A stretch of DNA of 64,000 bases from Isurus oxyrinchus (lineage: Eukaryota). Shown here piece after piece: positions 1 to 11,549 of this stretch (position 1 is the first letter of the stretch; each line of letters begins with the position of its first letter). Position numbers and translations under genes: made by a program. The notes below the pieces were generated by a model. The model searched no databases. It saw nothing but the letters and a program-made list of their open reading frames with translations, and was not told the origin of the DNA. The stretch spans positions 23,126,001 to 23,190,000 of the forward strand of contig JANJGN010000026.1 in NCBI GenBank assembly GCA_026770705.1, read 5' to 3'.

Positions 1-140
1 CTGCAACAAATTTGTGCAGCGGCAGGTCCCTAATCTCATTCTTATCGCTGAAAAGCATCCACCTGTTCATCGTTGTTTGCGGTGAGGGGCTTATCTTGTG
101 AAAAAATCGTGAATAGCTTGAATCAATAGCCAGTGGATTT

Positions 141-610
141 TAGAAGAATAAGAGGTGATCTTACTGAAACATAGAGGATCCTAAGGCGGAGGGTGGCAGT
201 GAGTGGATGGGGGCGGGGGCCGTTGTGGGGTTGTGGGGGGTGGTACATCTGGACAAGGCAGATACCAGGAGGATGTTTACACTTGTGGGAGTGACCAGAT
301 CGAGGGGGCAGAGTTTAGGAATAAGAGGCCTACCTTTAAGACGGAGATGAGGGAATTTGTTCTTCTCTCAGAAAGTCGTTAGTATGTGAAATTCTCTTTC
401 CAAGAAGGCACTGGAGGCTGAGCAGTAAATGTATTCAAGGATGAATTATATTTTGCTAACACCATGAGTTTGACAGGTTTTTTGATAGACAGGGGTTTTA
501 AGGTGCAGACGAGTAAGTGGAGTTGAGACCACAAGCAGATCAGGTATGTAATGGAGGGATTGGTGGATTAGGCCCCTAGGGCTGAATGACCTACTCCTGC
601 TCCTAAGTCC
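141..610 (+). mobile_element. CR1-type LINE 3' fragment (degenerate)
   Basis: Resembles the shark CR1 3' end (…aagacggagatgagg…ctctcagaaagtcgtt…ctactcctgctcct); similar pieces recur at ~15830-15990, 41520-41730 and 53280-53590. Confidence 0.6.
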
Positions 611-1166
611 CACGGTCATATTTTCATATGTTTTGGAAGAGAGTATGGATGGGTTTGGGAGGTTTGAAACACAGAATGACAATTTCATGGTCTGGTATAA
701 TATGAACAATGACGTGGAACGGCCTCGGGTGATAGGAACTGAACAATTGTCTAGCGCAGCATGAACCAAGCCAAAATATGCCCTGACATAATCATAGGAT
801 AAGAACTAATCTTATCAAAGCTGATGTGGTTTAATGTAATCGGGACAAGGTCTGATATGTCGATAACAGAGATAGGAACTAATCAAATATAAAAGTGGAC
901 ATGATTCGCTGAAAACTGAGAAAGGGACTTGCATTATGTAAACAGAGACACACTAAAGTACAATGATAATTGAAAACTTGTGTGAGATAAACCAAGACAT
1001 TGCCTTGCACAGTGTGAAATAAGGCAGGGTCTACTGTGATAATACAAGTAACATGCTTTTGCAAACATTCAGGATGATGTGTTTCAGGATGATGACTACA
1101 CATGTACTCTACATACGAAATAAGCAAACATGCATAATGCAACACATGCGTACATGGTTTACTTTA

Positions 1167-1260
1167 ACACACACACACCTACACACAATCACACAGACAC
1201 ACACGCGCACACACACACACGCACACACACACACACATACACACACACACAAACACACAC
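1167..1260. repeat. (CA)n microsatellite
   Basis: Direct reading. Confidence 0.9.
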
Positions 1261-2100
1261 AGAATTGGTAGGGCACAATCGGAGATTGATAAAAGATTCA
1301 CCCCAACCTTTCAACCAAACATTACATTCTCAGGAACTCAGAAAGCGCTAAGTCTCAACTAATTTCCAAATATAGTCGATATAGTAATGCAGGAAATGTT
1401 ATTTAAACAGAGGGAGGTGTACAATCATTTGTGGTGACAACATGATCAACATATCTCAACAAATTAGATTAAGAAATTGCTCGCCCTTTTCTTCTGACTG
1501 CCCAGTGTCATTGTGCCAAAGCCCACTGTCTAATTCGTCTTTGCCACAACACCTGCAATTTATGTACAAGCTCTTGCCCTGAATGTGCCATTCTATGAAG
1601 TGAAGTGTTGTGGAACACGGATATTTCCTGTAATTTCCATCTGTGAGCCGTGACACTGGTAAACTGACAGTTCTGCAAGTTTCAGCCAAAGCTGAAGTGC
1701 TGGGGCCCCATCCAGTAACCTGCAGAAAGCAATGATTCTTAATTTCTACCCGAATATTGCTGCATGATTTTGCTGAAGTATTATTACGTCAGATTATTAT
1801 AATATTATTATTACTTTGGTTTTATTATTACCGTATCATGTCTGCTTATTGCTTTCTATTTCCTGCTGTTCCTCCTTTGCAGTAATTGTGAGATTATTTG
1901 GCTCAGTCCTCTCATGTGCCTAATTGATTAACAAAATAGATGTTCATTTGCATTGACATCAATACTTCCACTATTATACGGTTGGATTGCAATTTCGTAA
2001 ATATGCATCAGTCTTCCCACTTCCCTAATCATAAAAGGCGGGCACAAACCACAATTGAACAGATCCATGAATGAAGGGTGATGGATATTTTGCTATTTCT

Positions 2101-2106
2101 GTGTGT

Positions 2107-2159
<53 letters not shown>

Positions 2160-2183
2160 TGGGTGTGTGCGCGTGCGTGCGCG
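2101..2183. repeat. (TG)n microsatellite
   Basis: Direct reading; lies where the RSS of the adjacent V relic would be. Confidence 0.9.
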
Positions 2184-2187
2184 CAGT

Positions 2188-2450
2188 GGAACATACCATA
2201 GAGTCTGACAGCTGAACCGTGTTAACAGTGAGTGGTGGAGCCTTTCTCACGGTCCTCAGATACTTTAAATCTTCCCTCAAAACTTTCATCTTGTATGTGA
2301 AGGTAAGACATTCGGGAGCTTGACTGGAGAATGGTCAGTAGAAGAATCAAATTTCTTGCCTGAAAGTTCTCCAATATATCGATATCTGAAATCTGTCTGA
2401 GTGACAAGGAGCAGCTGATAAAACAAGAATAAAATAAACTTCATGATAAT
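2188..2450 (-). pseudogene. TCR V pseudogene relic (family A)
   Basis: Frameshifted FR3 motifs EGRFKVSEDREKGSTT / LTVNTVQLSDSMVC; paralogous to 15340-15654 and 35620-36101; no RSS retained. Confidence 0.65.
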
Positions 2451-2504
2451 GGAAGCAGAATTAAATAAAGTGCCTGTGGATCTCGGCAATATAAACTGAT
2501 CTTC

Positions 2505-2536
2505 CTATCTATCTATCTATCTATCTGTCTATCTAT

Positions 2537-2572
<36 letters not shown>

Positions 2573-2581
2573 TTATCTATA
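2505..2581. repeat. (TATC)n microsatellite
   Basis: Direct reading. Confidence 0.9.
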
Positions 2582-3860
2582 GCAGCTGGGTGCTGCTCCT
2601 GGCATGCCCATCTGCACTCTTCATTGAACCAGAGTTGATCCCCTGGGTTGATGGTAATGGTAGAGTGGGGTATATGCCAGGCCATGAGGTTACACATTGT
2701 GTTCGAGTACAATTCTGCTGCTGCTGATGGCCCACAATGTCTCATCGATGCTCTGTCTTGAGTTGTTAGATCTGTTCGCAATCTATCCCATTTAGCGTGG
2801 TGGTAGTGCTACATAACACGAGAGAGGATATCCTCAATGTGAAGACGGGTCTTCGTCTCCACAATGACTGTGAGGTGGTCATTCCTACCGATACTGTTAT
2901 AGATAGATGGATCTGCAGCAGGCAGGTTGGTGAGGATGAGGTCAAGTATGTTTTTCCTTCTTGTTGGTTTCCTTACCACCTGGCGCAGACCCAGTCTAGC
3001 AGCTACATCATTTAAGACTCGGCCAGCTTAGTCAGTATTGGTGCTACCGAGCCATTCTTAGTGATGAACATTGAAGTGCTTCGCCCAGAGTACCTTCTGT
3101 GCCCTTGCCACCCTCAGTGCTTCCTCTAAATGATGGTCACAATAGAGGAGCACTGTTTCATCAGCTGAGGGAGAGCGGTACATGGTATTCAGCAGGAGGT
3201 TTCCTTGTCCATGTTTGACCTGATGTCACGAGACTTCATGGGACTCGGAGTCGATGTTAAGGGCTCCCAGGGCAACTCTTGACTGTATACAGCTATGCCA
3301 CCGCCTCTGCTGGACCAGTCCTGCCAGTGGTTTTAGTGTCTAGGACATTGTCTGTAAGGTGTGATTCCGTGAGGATGATCGGCCTATGTCAGGCTGATGC
3401 TTGACACGACCATGCGACATCTCTCCCAATTTTGGCACGAGCCCCGAGATGTCAGTAAGGAGGATCTTGCAGGGTCGACAGGACTGAGGTTGTGTTGTCG
3501 TTTCCGGTGCCTAGGTCGATGCCGGTTGGCTCGTCTCGTTTCATTTCTTTTTTGTGACTTTGTGACCTTGTTTACAGCTGAGTGGCTAGCTCGGCCATTT
3601 CAGAGGGCATTTGAGTCAACCACATCGCTGTGGGTCTGGAGTCACATGTCGGCCAGACCAGGTAAGAACAACAGATTTCCTTCCCTAAAGGGCATTAGTG
3701 AACCAGATGGGTTTTTACAGTAAGCAATAACGGTTTCATTGTCATCAACAGACTTTTAATTCCGGATTCTTATTGAATTAAAATTCTACCATCTGCCATG
3801 GCAGGATTCGAACCCAGTTCCCTAGGGAATTACCCTGGGCCTCTGGATTACTCTGGATCA
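2582..3860 (-). mobile_element. LINE (CR1/L2 group) 5' portion: tRNA-like head plus endonuclease region
   Basis: Reverse complement matches 55760-56990; degenerate. Confidence 0.75.
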
Positions 3861-4241
3861 AAAATGACGAATGGGCCTCCAGTGATGATGTGAGACAAAT
3901 TGCGCTTCAGAGGTTTCTGCAATTTGACTAATATAGAAAAGCGACAACCTCTTGTGAGGTGATCTAATGTGGCTATCTGCCTGTGTACACTTGTCTGCAA
4001 ATATGTGTTTATCTGTCTGCATCTGTACGGATTTCCAGGTGAGGCTTGTGTTGTCCACCAGAGGGCGCTCTCTGATCACTTGATAATGATAATGATCATG
4101 AACACCAGCTGCAGGAAGTGCTTGTTCAGAGAGATACAAATGGAGAAGACATCCCTGCTGACCCGCTCGGATCTCCGCGACGTTTTAGTTTCTATTCTTT
4201 AGTGATCAAAAGTTTTGATTCTTGAGGTGCAGACTGGAACC

Positions 4242-4620
4242 ATGGAGGTGAAACTTTGCCTGGCTTCAGTCAAATTCCTCATCACTGGTCAGTGACATTG
4301 GGACCATCCTACAATATGCCCCCATCTTTCTAAAATTTCCCAATTCCACTCCCGGTGTTGTTTCACCAAACCCATTGTGTTTATTATCAGAGATGTGTAA
4401 CGGGGATTCAGTGTCCCAGCCAAAACAAAAAGTGCGATCAGAAGAGTACCCGGGAATTTACATAAAGGGGAAAATACATCCTGAACCGATCGGGGTTCTC
4501 CAGCTGAAATCATTGCTTTCAGTCTCAGGAAAAGTGAAATTTCTCATTCATTTTAAGTTAGGGTCAAATTCGGATATTTCAAGCCGCAGTGTTAGCAGAG
4601 AACTGTAGATTTCTGAATGA
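4242..4620 (+). pseudogene. TCR V pseudogene (family B)
   Basis: Leader 4242-4287 MEVKLCLASVKFLIT with G|gtcagt donor; acceptor at 4390; exon starts EMCNGDSVSQPKQ then decays; inverted paralogue at ~30690-31180. Confidence 0.6.
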
Positions 4621-5466
4621 ATGCCAGAGTCAATTTCTGCACAAATGAATTTTTGGGCGTGATGTAAAGAATTTAGCTGATGTTTTAAAGGTCATGCTCA
4701 TTTGCTCATTTAATCGTGCCCCTCATCCCCACCACCCCGCCTCCCCAACGCCCCCCCCCCCCCAAAGACTGGTAATGGAGCTCATTGGCTGTGGCAGTGC
4801 TGTCAGGGACTCAGAACGATTTCCATTATTTTCCGCTTGACATGGTCACCAAGGGAGTTGGGGCGGATATAGAGAGAGGGGGGAATAAAAACTGTGTGTT
4901 AAACAGATAAAGCAAGACAGAGATGAAAGGAGAAACATTAGAAGAAATATACGGAGAGAGAGAAGGAGGGAGAAAGATATCTGGCGAGATAAAGTGAGTG
5001 ACAGCACACCAGAAACACAGAAACAGGGAGTGAGAGAAAACGGGAGAGAGGTAGAGATAAACAGAGAGTGCGTGTCAGAGAGAAAGAGAGAGATAGGGTG
5101 GGGGGAGATCGGAAGGAAGGGGAGAGAGAGAGAGAGAGAGAGCTGCAAACATAAAGTCAAAGAGAGACAAAGGCAGACTTAAAGAGATGGTTTGATATCG
5201 AAGCATCGATAGAGACAAAGCGCTAGAGACAAACAGACAGTCAGAGAGTCTCACTCACACAGCTGGACAAGGAACTGATTGGACTGGAGACATCAATAAT
5301 TAGCCAGCAACTAGCACTAGCTAGCGTACATTTGTAGGCAGTTCTGGGAGACGAGCCAACTCTATGCAAGAAAAAAGCCCTGCATTCTCAGAATGAATGG
5401 AATAAACACCTTCTCTGAATTTACTCTTTGATATCAGGTCAGAACAGTCAACATATTTAAACAATC

Positions 5467-6952
5467 ACAGAATTACCTGGAAAAACTCAGCAGGTCTGGC
5501 AGCATCGGCGGAGAAGAAAAGAGTTGACGTTTCGAGTCCTCATGACTCTTCGACAGAATTTGATTTCGAGTCCAAGAAAGAGTTGAAATATAAGCTGGTT
5601 TAAGGTGTGTTCTCCCAGTTCCTTCGCCTTCGTCGCATCTGTTCCGATGATGCTACCTTCAAAAACGGTTCCTCTGACATGTCCTCCTTCTTCCTTAACC
5701 GAGGTTTTCCACCCACGGTCGTTGACAGGGCCCTCAACCGTGTCCGGCCCATCTCCCGCGCATCCGCCCTCACGCCTTCTCCTCCCTCCCAGAAACATGA
5801 TAGGGTCCCCCTTGTCCTCACTTATCACCCCACCAGCCTCCGCATTCAAAGGATCATCCTCCGCCATTTCCGCCAACTCCAGTATGAAGCCACCACCAAA
5901 CACATCTTCCCTTCACCCCCCTTATCGGCATTCCGTAGGGATCGCTCCCTCCGGGACACCCTGGTCCACTCCTCCATCATCCCCTACTCCTCAACCCCCT
6001 CCTATGGTACCACCCCATGCCCACGCAAAAGATGTAACACCTGCCCCTTCACTTCCTCTCTCCTCACCGTCCAAGGGCCCAAACACTCCTTTCAAGTGAA
6101 GCAGCATTTCACTTGCATTTCCCCCAACTTAGTCTACTGCATTCGTTGCTCCCAATGTGGTCTCCTGTACATTGGAGAGACCAAACGTAAACTGGGCGAC
6201 CGCTTTGCAGAACACCTGCGGTCTGTCCGCAAGAATGACCCAAACCTCCCTGTCGCTTGCCATTTTAACACTCCATCCTGCTCTCTTGCCCACATGTCCG
6301 TCCTTGGCTTACTGCATTGTTCCAGTGAAGCCCAACGCAAACTGGAGGAACAATACCTCATCTCCCGACTAGGCACCTTACAGCCTTCCGGTCTGAATAT
6401 TGAATTCAACAACTTTAGGTCGTGAGCTCCCTCCCCCATCCCCACCCCCTTTCTGTTTCCCCCTTTTTCCATTTTTTTTCCCTATAAATTTTATAGATTT
6501 TTCTTTTCCCACCTATTTCCATTATTTTTAAATATTTTAAAATTTTTTATGCTCCCCCCACCCCCACTAGAGCTGTACCTTGAGTGCCCTACCATCCATT
6601 CTTAATTAGCACATTCGTTTAGATAATATCACCATCTTTAACTTTAACACCTATGTGTTCTTTTGTACCATTGTCGCTGACATCTTTTGATGATCTGCTT
6701 CTATCACTGCTTGTTTGTCTACACAAGCACCTCTCTCTCTCTCTCTATCTCTCCGCCCCCCGACACACACACCTTAAACCAGCTTATATTTCAACTCTTT
6801 CTTGGACTCGAAATCAAGTTCTGTCGAAGGGTCATGAGGACTCGAAACGTCAACTCTTTTCTTCTCCGCCGATGCTCCCAGACCTGCTGAGTTTTTTCAG
6901 GTAATTCTGTTTTTGTTTTGGATTTCCAGCATCCGCAGTTTTCTTTGTTTTT
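5467..6952 (+). mobile_element. Penelope-like retroelement, 5'-truncated, GIY-YIG endonuclease ORF, inverted terminal repeat
   Basis: ORF 5607-6425 contains NLVYCIRCSQCGLLYIGETKR…HFN. Bases 5467-5609 are an inverted copy of its own 3' end (~6768-6910). 14-bp TSD atatttaaacaatc at 5453-5466 and 6953-6966. Confidence 0.92.
6817..6855 (+). ncRNA. Minimal type-I hammerhead ribozyme motif in the Penelope terminal repeat
   Basis: agtt-CTGTCGAA-gggtc(atgag)gactc-GAA-ACGT-C-aact: stem I, variant core, stem II and palindromic ACGT in place of stem III. Further copies at 5522-5560(-), 7040-7078(-), 27324-27362(+), 62345-62383(-). Confidence 0.7.
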
Positions 6953-6981
6953 ATATTTAAACAATCTGTTATTCTGTAGCA

Positions 6982-7729
6982 AAAATAGAATTACCTGGAA
7001 AAACTCAACAGGTCCGGCAGCATCAGCGGAGAAGAAAAGAGTTGACGTTTCGAGTCCTCATGACCCTTCGACAGAACTTGAGTTCGAGTCCAAGAAAGAG
7101 TTGAAATATAAGCTGGTTTAAGGTGTGTGTGTGGGGGGCGGAGAGATAGAGAGAGAGAGAGAGGTTGGGGTTGGGGGGGGATGTGGTTGTGTGGACAAAC
7201 AAACAGTGATAGAAGCAGATCATGAAAAGATGTCAATGATAATGGTACAATAGAACACATAGGTGTTAAAGTTAAAGTTGGTGATATTATCTAAACGAAT
7301 GTGCTAATTAAGAATGGATGGTAGGGCACTCAAGGTATAGCTCTAGTGGGGTTTGTTTTGTTTTTTTTTTACTTTTTTTATATAATGGAAATAGGTGGGA
7401 AAAGGAAAATCTTTATAATTTATTGGAAAAAAAGGAAGGGGGAAACAGAAAGGGGGTGGGGATGGGGGAGGCAGCTCACGACCTAAAGTTGTTGAATTCA
7501 ATATTCAGTCCGGAAGGCTGTAAGGTGCCTAATCGGAAGATGAGGTGTTGTTCCTCCAGTTTGCGTTGGGCTTCACTGGAACAATGCAGCAAGCCAAGGA
7601 CAGACATGTGGGCAAGAGAGCAGGGTGGAGTGTTAAAATGGCAAGCGACAGGGAGGTTTGGGTCATTCTTGCGGACAGACCGCAGGTGTTCTGCAAAGCG
7701 GTCGCCCAGTTTACGTTTGGTCTCTCCAA
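6982..7729 (-). mobile_element. Second Penelope-like copy, 5'-truncated
   Basis: ORF 7476-7745(-) gives the GIY-YIG C-terminus; 15-bp TSD tgttattctgtagca at 6967-6981 and 7730-7744. Confidence 0.9.
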
Positions 7730-7762
7730 TGTTATTCTGTAGCATTGTTTAAACCAGACATC

Positions 7763-8232
7763 ATGTGCTGCCCGAATCTCCTGCTGATAAGAATAGCCGT
7801 GCTGCCTGGTGAGTGTATGCTTAAATGACCAGTTTCTGTTCCACTGGTTATATTTACTCGCAGAATTCTGACACATTTTGTGTTTTTGTTACAGGAATGA
7901 GTGACCAAGATTTAATGCCTACGGAACCGCCTAAATTAACGGTTCAAGAAGGGCAGACCCTGATATTAACTGCAGCTACTCCACGTCCTGTAACTATTCC
8001 TATCTCTACTGGTACATGCAGTATCCCGGGGGAGCACCGCGATGTTTACTGAAGAGGGGCAGGGAGTTAAGCCTCCAGATTTCCTCGACCGGTTCTCCGC
8101 CGTTTTGGACAAAGACAAAAAAAAAACAACCTGTTCTCTCAACAGTCCCCCGATCTTTAGTCTCTGACTGCCGTGTATTACCGTGCACAGAGCCTCACTG
8201 TTACAGAGGTGCTGTCAGGCCGAACAAAAATC
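7763..8232 (+). pseudogene. TCR V pseudogene (family C)
   Basis: Leader 7763-7808 MCCPNLLLIRIAVLP G|gtgagt; exon from 7895 with several frameshifts (…LYWYMQYPGGAPR…AVYYRAQS); RSS CTCACTG-23-ACAAAAATC at 8194-8232. Confidence 0.88.
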
Positions 8233-8635
8233 AGCAAAGGGCTCTCTCTTCCTCCCACTGAATCAATTTTGGGACCTGAATTATTACCTAGCAACTGAAC
8301 AGAAACCAAACTGAAGACTAGTTTGGCGAAATGGCACATTTCTGTGTTGCAGATTCGGTTATTGTCATTCTGTTTAGTATTCCTCTTAATATCAGCTGCG
8401 CGAGGTTCCCATTGTCAGTGAGCAGCTCTTTTAATGCTAGCCTCCGGCATTGGTGGACAGCATGAAAGACAACATTAACTATTCCCCCTCACTGCCACCA
8501 CGTCACACACTGACTCTGCTGGAGACCCAACATTCAGTTGAATCCTCGGCTCAGTCCCTTTGGAAGGAACAATGACATCACTGATTTGCTGCATCACGTT
8601 CTGACGCAATAAGTTGTAAAACAAAATATCGTGGG

Positions 8636-8701
8636 GCTGATTGGACGTCACTTGTTGAGACTTTCAGAAATTAACCAATGGCTGAAGAGACTGGATATAA
8701 A
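8636..8701 (+). promoter_or_regulatory. Putative V promoter (ATTGG/CCAAT, CRE-like GGACGTCA, TATAAA)
   Basis: gctgattggacgtcacttgtt is conserved in the paralogue upstream of 29382(-); related motifs at 39540-39630 and 61065-61150. Confidence 0.55.
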
Positions 8702-8782
8702 TGAAAATGTTCCCAACCCTTCACTGAAACAATGACAGATTCAATCCTTTCTGTTTCAATCCGCCATCAGCTCGCTGGAAAT

Positions 8783-9285
8783 ATGTTGAGTTTTACCTTT
8801 TATTCATTTCTCACAGCTGCAGCTCTCTTACCCGGTAAGTCCGCACGTTACACAATCTTCCTCTGCAGGTATCATTCTTTTATTTCAGTTTTATTTCTAT
8901 TTAAAATGTATTCCCTCACTCACTATGATAAGCTGAGCTAAAGTAATGAAATCTTACTTTATTTGTTAATTTCTGCAGGTGTTTGTGGTGCAGACTCGGT
9001 CTCACAGAGACCAGATGCAGTGATACAGTTTGAAGGGGACTCGGTGACCATTCATTACAGGTATCCCACCACAGCTGGTACATATTCCTTACAGCTGTAC
9101 CGTCAGGACCGGGTTAAAGCCCCCACATTCTTGATCTACATCCTGAATTACGGAGATATTTTCAGAGCAGAGGGCGTGGGGGCTCGATTTTCTGCATCTC
9201 TCGACACATCGAAAAATGAAGGGAATTTCACCATCCGTGACCTGCGGTTGTCTGACAGCGCGGTGTATTACTGCGGGTTGAGAGA
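8783..9285 (+). CDS. TCR alpha/delta-type V segment, non-canonical family D (Cys23->Tyr, Trp41->Leu), structurally intact
   Basis: Leader 8783-8834 MLSFTFYSFLTAAALLP; GT-AG intron 8835-8978; open V exon 8979-9285 (…VTIHYRY…SLQLYRQ…DSAVYYCGLR). Confidence 0.92.
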
Positions 9286-9324
9286 CACAGTGACAGGAAC
9301 CTGAGGGAGACTCGCACAAAAACA
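9286..9324 (+). promoter_or_regulatory. 23-RSS (CACAGTG-23-ACAAAAACA)
   Basis: Counted directly. Confidence 0.95.
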
Positions 9325-9627
9325 CTGCCGCAATATTTCAAAACGAATTGTGTCGCCGACTGTGTACCGATATACAGGGAATGCAAGTTCTTCTCCAAGT
9401 AAAGTCACCAACACAGAATTAAAAGTTAAGATCTACTCGTTGTGTGAACGCAGTAGAATGTTGATCAAATCCGACTTCATCACAGTCAACAAGCTCAGTC
9501 TAATTTGTGATAATGAGTGAAATGATCGGAAATCTCCATCTACATTCACCCCTGTATTTCTTTCTTTGAGAAGACCTTCATGCCGGTTCATTAATGTTCA
9601 CACTGTCTCCCAGGTCAATTAAAGATC

Positions 9628-10457
9628 ACGTCTCCGTTCTCGCTGTGATCTGGGTGATATTCAATGTCGGCAAGAGGTTTAACACGTTTAAACGGGTTTA
9701 ATTTTCGGAGGAATGAATTTATAAATAAGGGAGTTCATGTTAAAAATGCAGCAGATCTTGGTTAGAGCACACTTGAGCTATCGTTCGCAATTCTGGCCTC
9801 TTCCTTTCAGGAGGAATGTAAAGAGGCAGACACAATGTAACAAAGCATTACAGCGATGATGTCAGATTTGAGAGGTAAAGAAAACACTGCACAGAAAAGG
9901 GAAGACAGAGCTCTTTTAATGGTGATGGAGTTTGAAGGTAGACATGGAAATGTTTCTACTTGTACATAATTCAAAACTGTGGGATATAATTACGTGACAA
10001 AAAAATCCAACTTGGATTTCAGGAGAAATTTATTTGCCCTGAGAGGAGATGGAATATGTAAATCACTATCACCAGCAGAAGCTGAGGCGAACTGATGCAT
10101 TTATGGGACAAGGATGGTGAATGGAATAGAAGATATGCTGAGAGAGTGAGATAAAGAGGGATAGGCTCGTGGGAACACCGAAATATTGAGGACGGTGTCA
10201 TTTTCTGTGGCGTAGTTTGTACATAATTTTATGTAGCATTTTTTGAGAAACTTCAGCGTTAGTTCAGTTCAGTTGAAGTTTTAATCGCTAATTTCTGCTT
10301 TCTTTAACCGCGTGTTCCAGATCTGAGCGATGGAGATTCTGTTACTCAGCAGGAATCCTCACTCACGCAGGCAGAGGGAGAAGATGTCACTTCAAATTGC
10401 ACCTATACCGACGCTGGTTATTACTTATCCTAGTACCGTCGGCACCCAGGCAGACAT
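9628..10457 (+). pseudogene. TCR V pseudogene (family E), 3'-deleted
   Basis: Leader remnant ~9628-9669 (no ATG, GC donor) resembles the 45180 leader; exon from 10321 DLSDGDSVTQQESSLTQAEGEDVTSNCTY…stop; truncated at ~10457. Confidence 0.8.
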
Positions 10458-11009
10458 GATTAGAAGCTGATGAACAATGATTAATAGATTGAATAAACTG
10501 CAAGGACAGGCTGCTGTGTTCCAGGCACCGGAATAGATGATCAGAAAACCGACTGAATACTAAAGACTTTTTTTTAAAGTGTCAGAAAAATTGAGCATTG
10601 GAAGCACTTTGGGAAATCTGAACACGCCAGGTAAGGCTTTATGAAAATGTAAAGTCTTTGTTCTTTTTTCCTGTGCGTCCCTTCAGTGATATATAACTGA
10701 TACTGCATTTGTGTGTTGTGTGTACCCACTGTAACGGCTGGAACATAAGCTCAACTATTTGGCTCAGCATTTTTGCTCTTGTATCTTTAATTGACAAAAT
10801 GGGGTGAATTCTCTAAACACATTTTACATTATGTTCAGAATGTATTCGATGTAAATGGAACATTTCAAAATGCCGCACCTGTTGCTATCCACTTGTTATT
10901 TATTTGGATTTACTTTAAATGAGCACATTCCGGTTACATGCTTTGAAAGTCTTTGTTTCTCCCCACTCTACCCGCCATTCCGTTCACCGGATCACGTTTC
11001 TGCAGTTTT

Positions 11010-11549
11010 AATGTTCGAGGAAGGCTCCCTCTGGTTCCTGTCACTGTGTCTTTCAGCCCGCAGTAATACACCACGCTGTCAGACAGCCGCAGGTCACGGA
11101 TGCTGAAAATCTCCTCACTTCTGGAAGTGTCGAGAGATGCAGATAATCGAGGTCCCGAGCACTCTGCATTGAAAACGTCCCTAGCGGAATAGATATTGGT
11201 CAATGTTGTGGGGGATTTCTCGACTTCCTGACGGTCCAGTTGCAAGGATTAGAAACCAATCATGGATGAATAGCTGAAATTAATGGTCAGCGAGTCTCCT
11301 TCAAACTGTGCCCCTGCAACCGGCTCCTGTAACACCGAGTCTGCAGAAAATTGAAAGTACAGAACTTCAACTTTTTATTATCACTGTTACAATCAGGGTT
11401 ATCATGTTAACGGAGCTCTTTACAAATAAAGGGAAAACATAGTTAAAAGGATGATCATTACGCCAGCGTAACCTGCAAGATGAAAAGTGTGTAACTTGGG
11501 AATTTACCAGTTAAGAGAATCGCAGCTGTGAAGAATGAACAGACAACAT
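11010..11549 (-). pseudogene. TCR V pseudogene, family D (Phe23/Leu41)
   Basis: Frameshifted leader; exon 11049-11340 has an in-frame TAA in CDR1; heptamer CACAGTG at 11042-11048; nonamer decayed. Confidence 0.9.

Noticed and set aside
1053-1351. His/Thr-rich ORFs
   Set aside because: Translation of a (CA)n microsatellite.
5487-6472. Overlapping and antisense ORFs recurring in several places
   Set aside because: Alternative frames of the Penelope copies; their recurrence reflects repeat identity.
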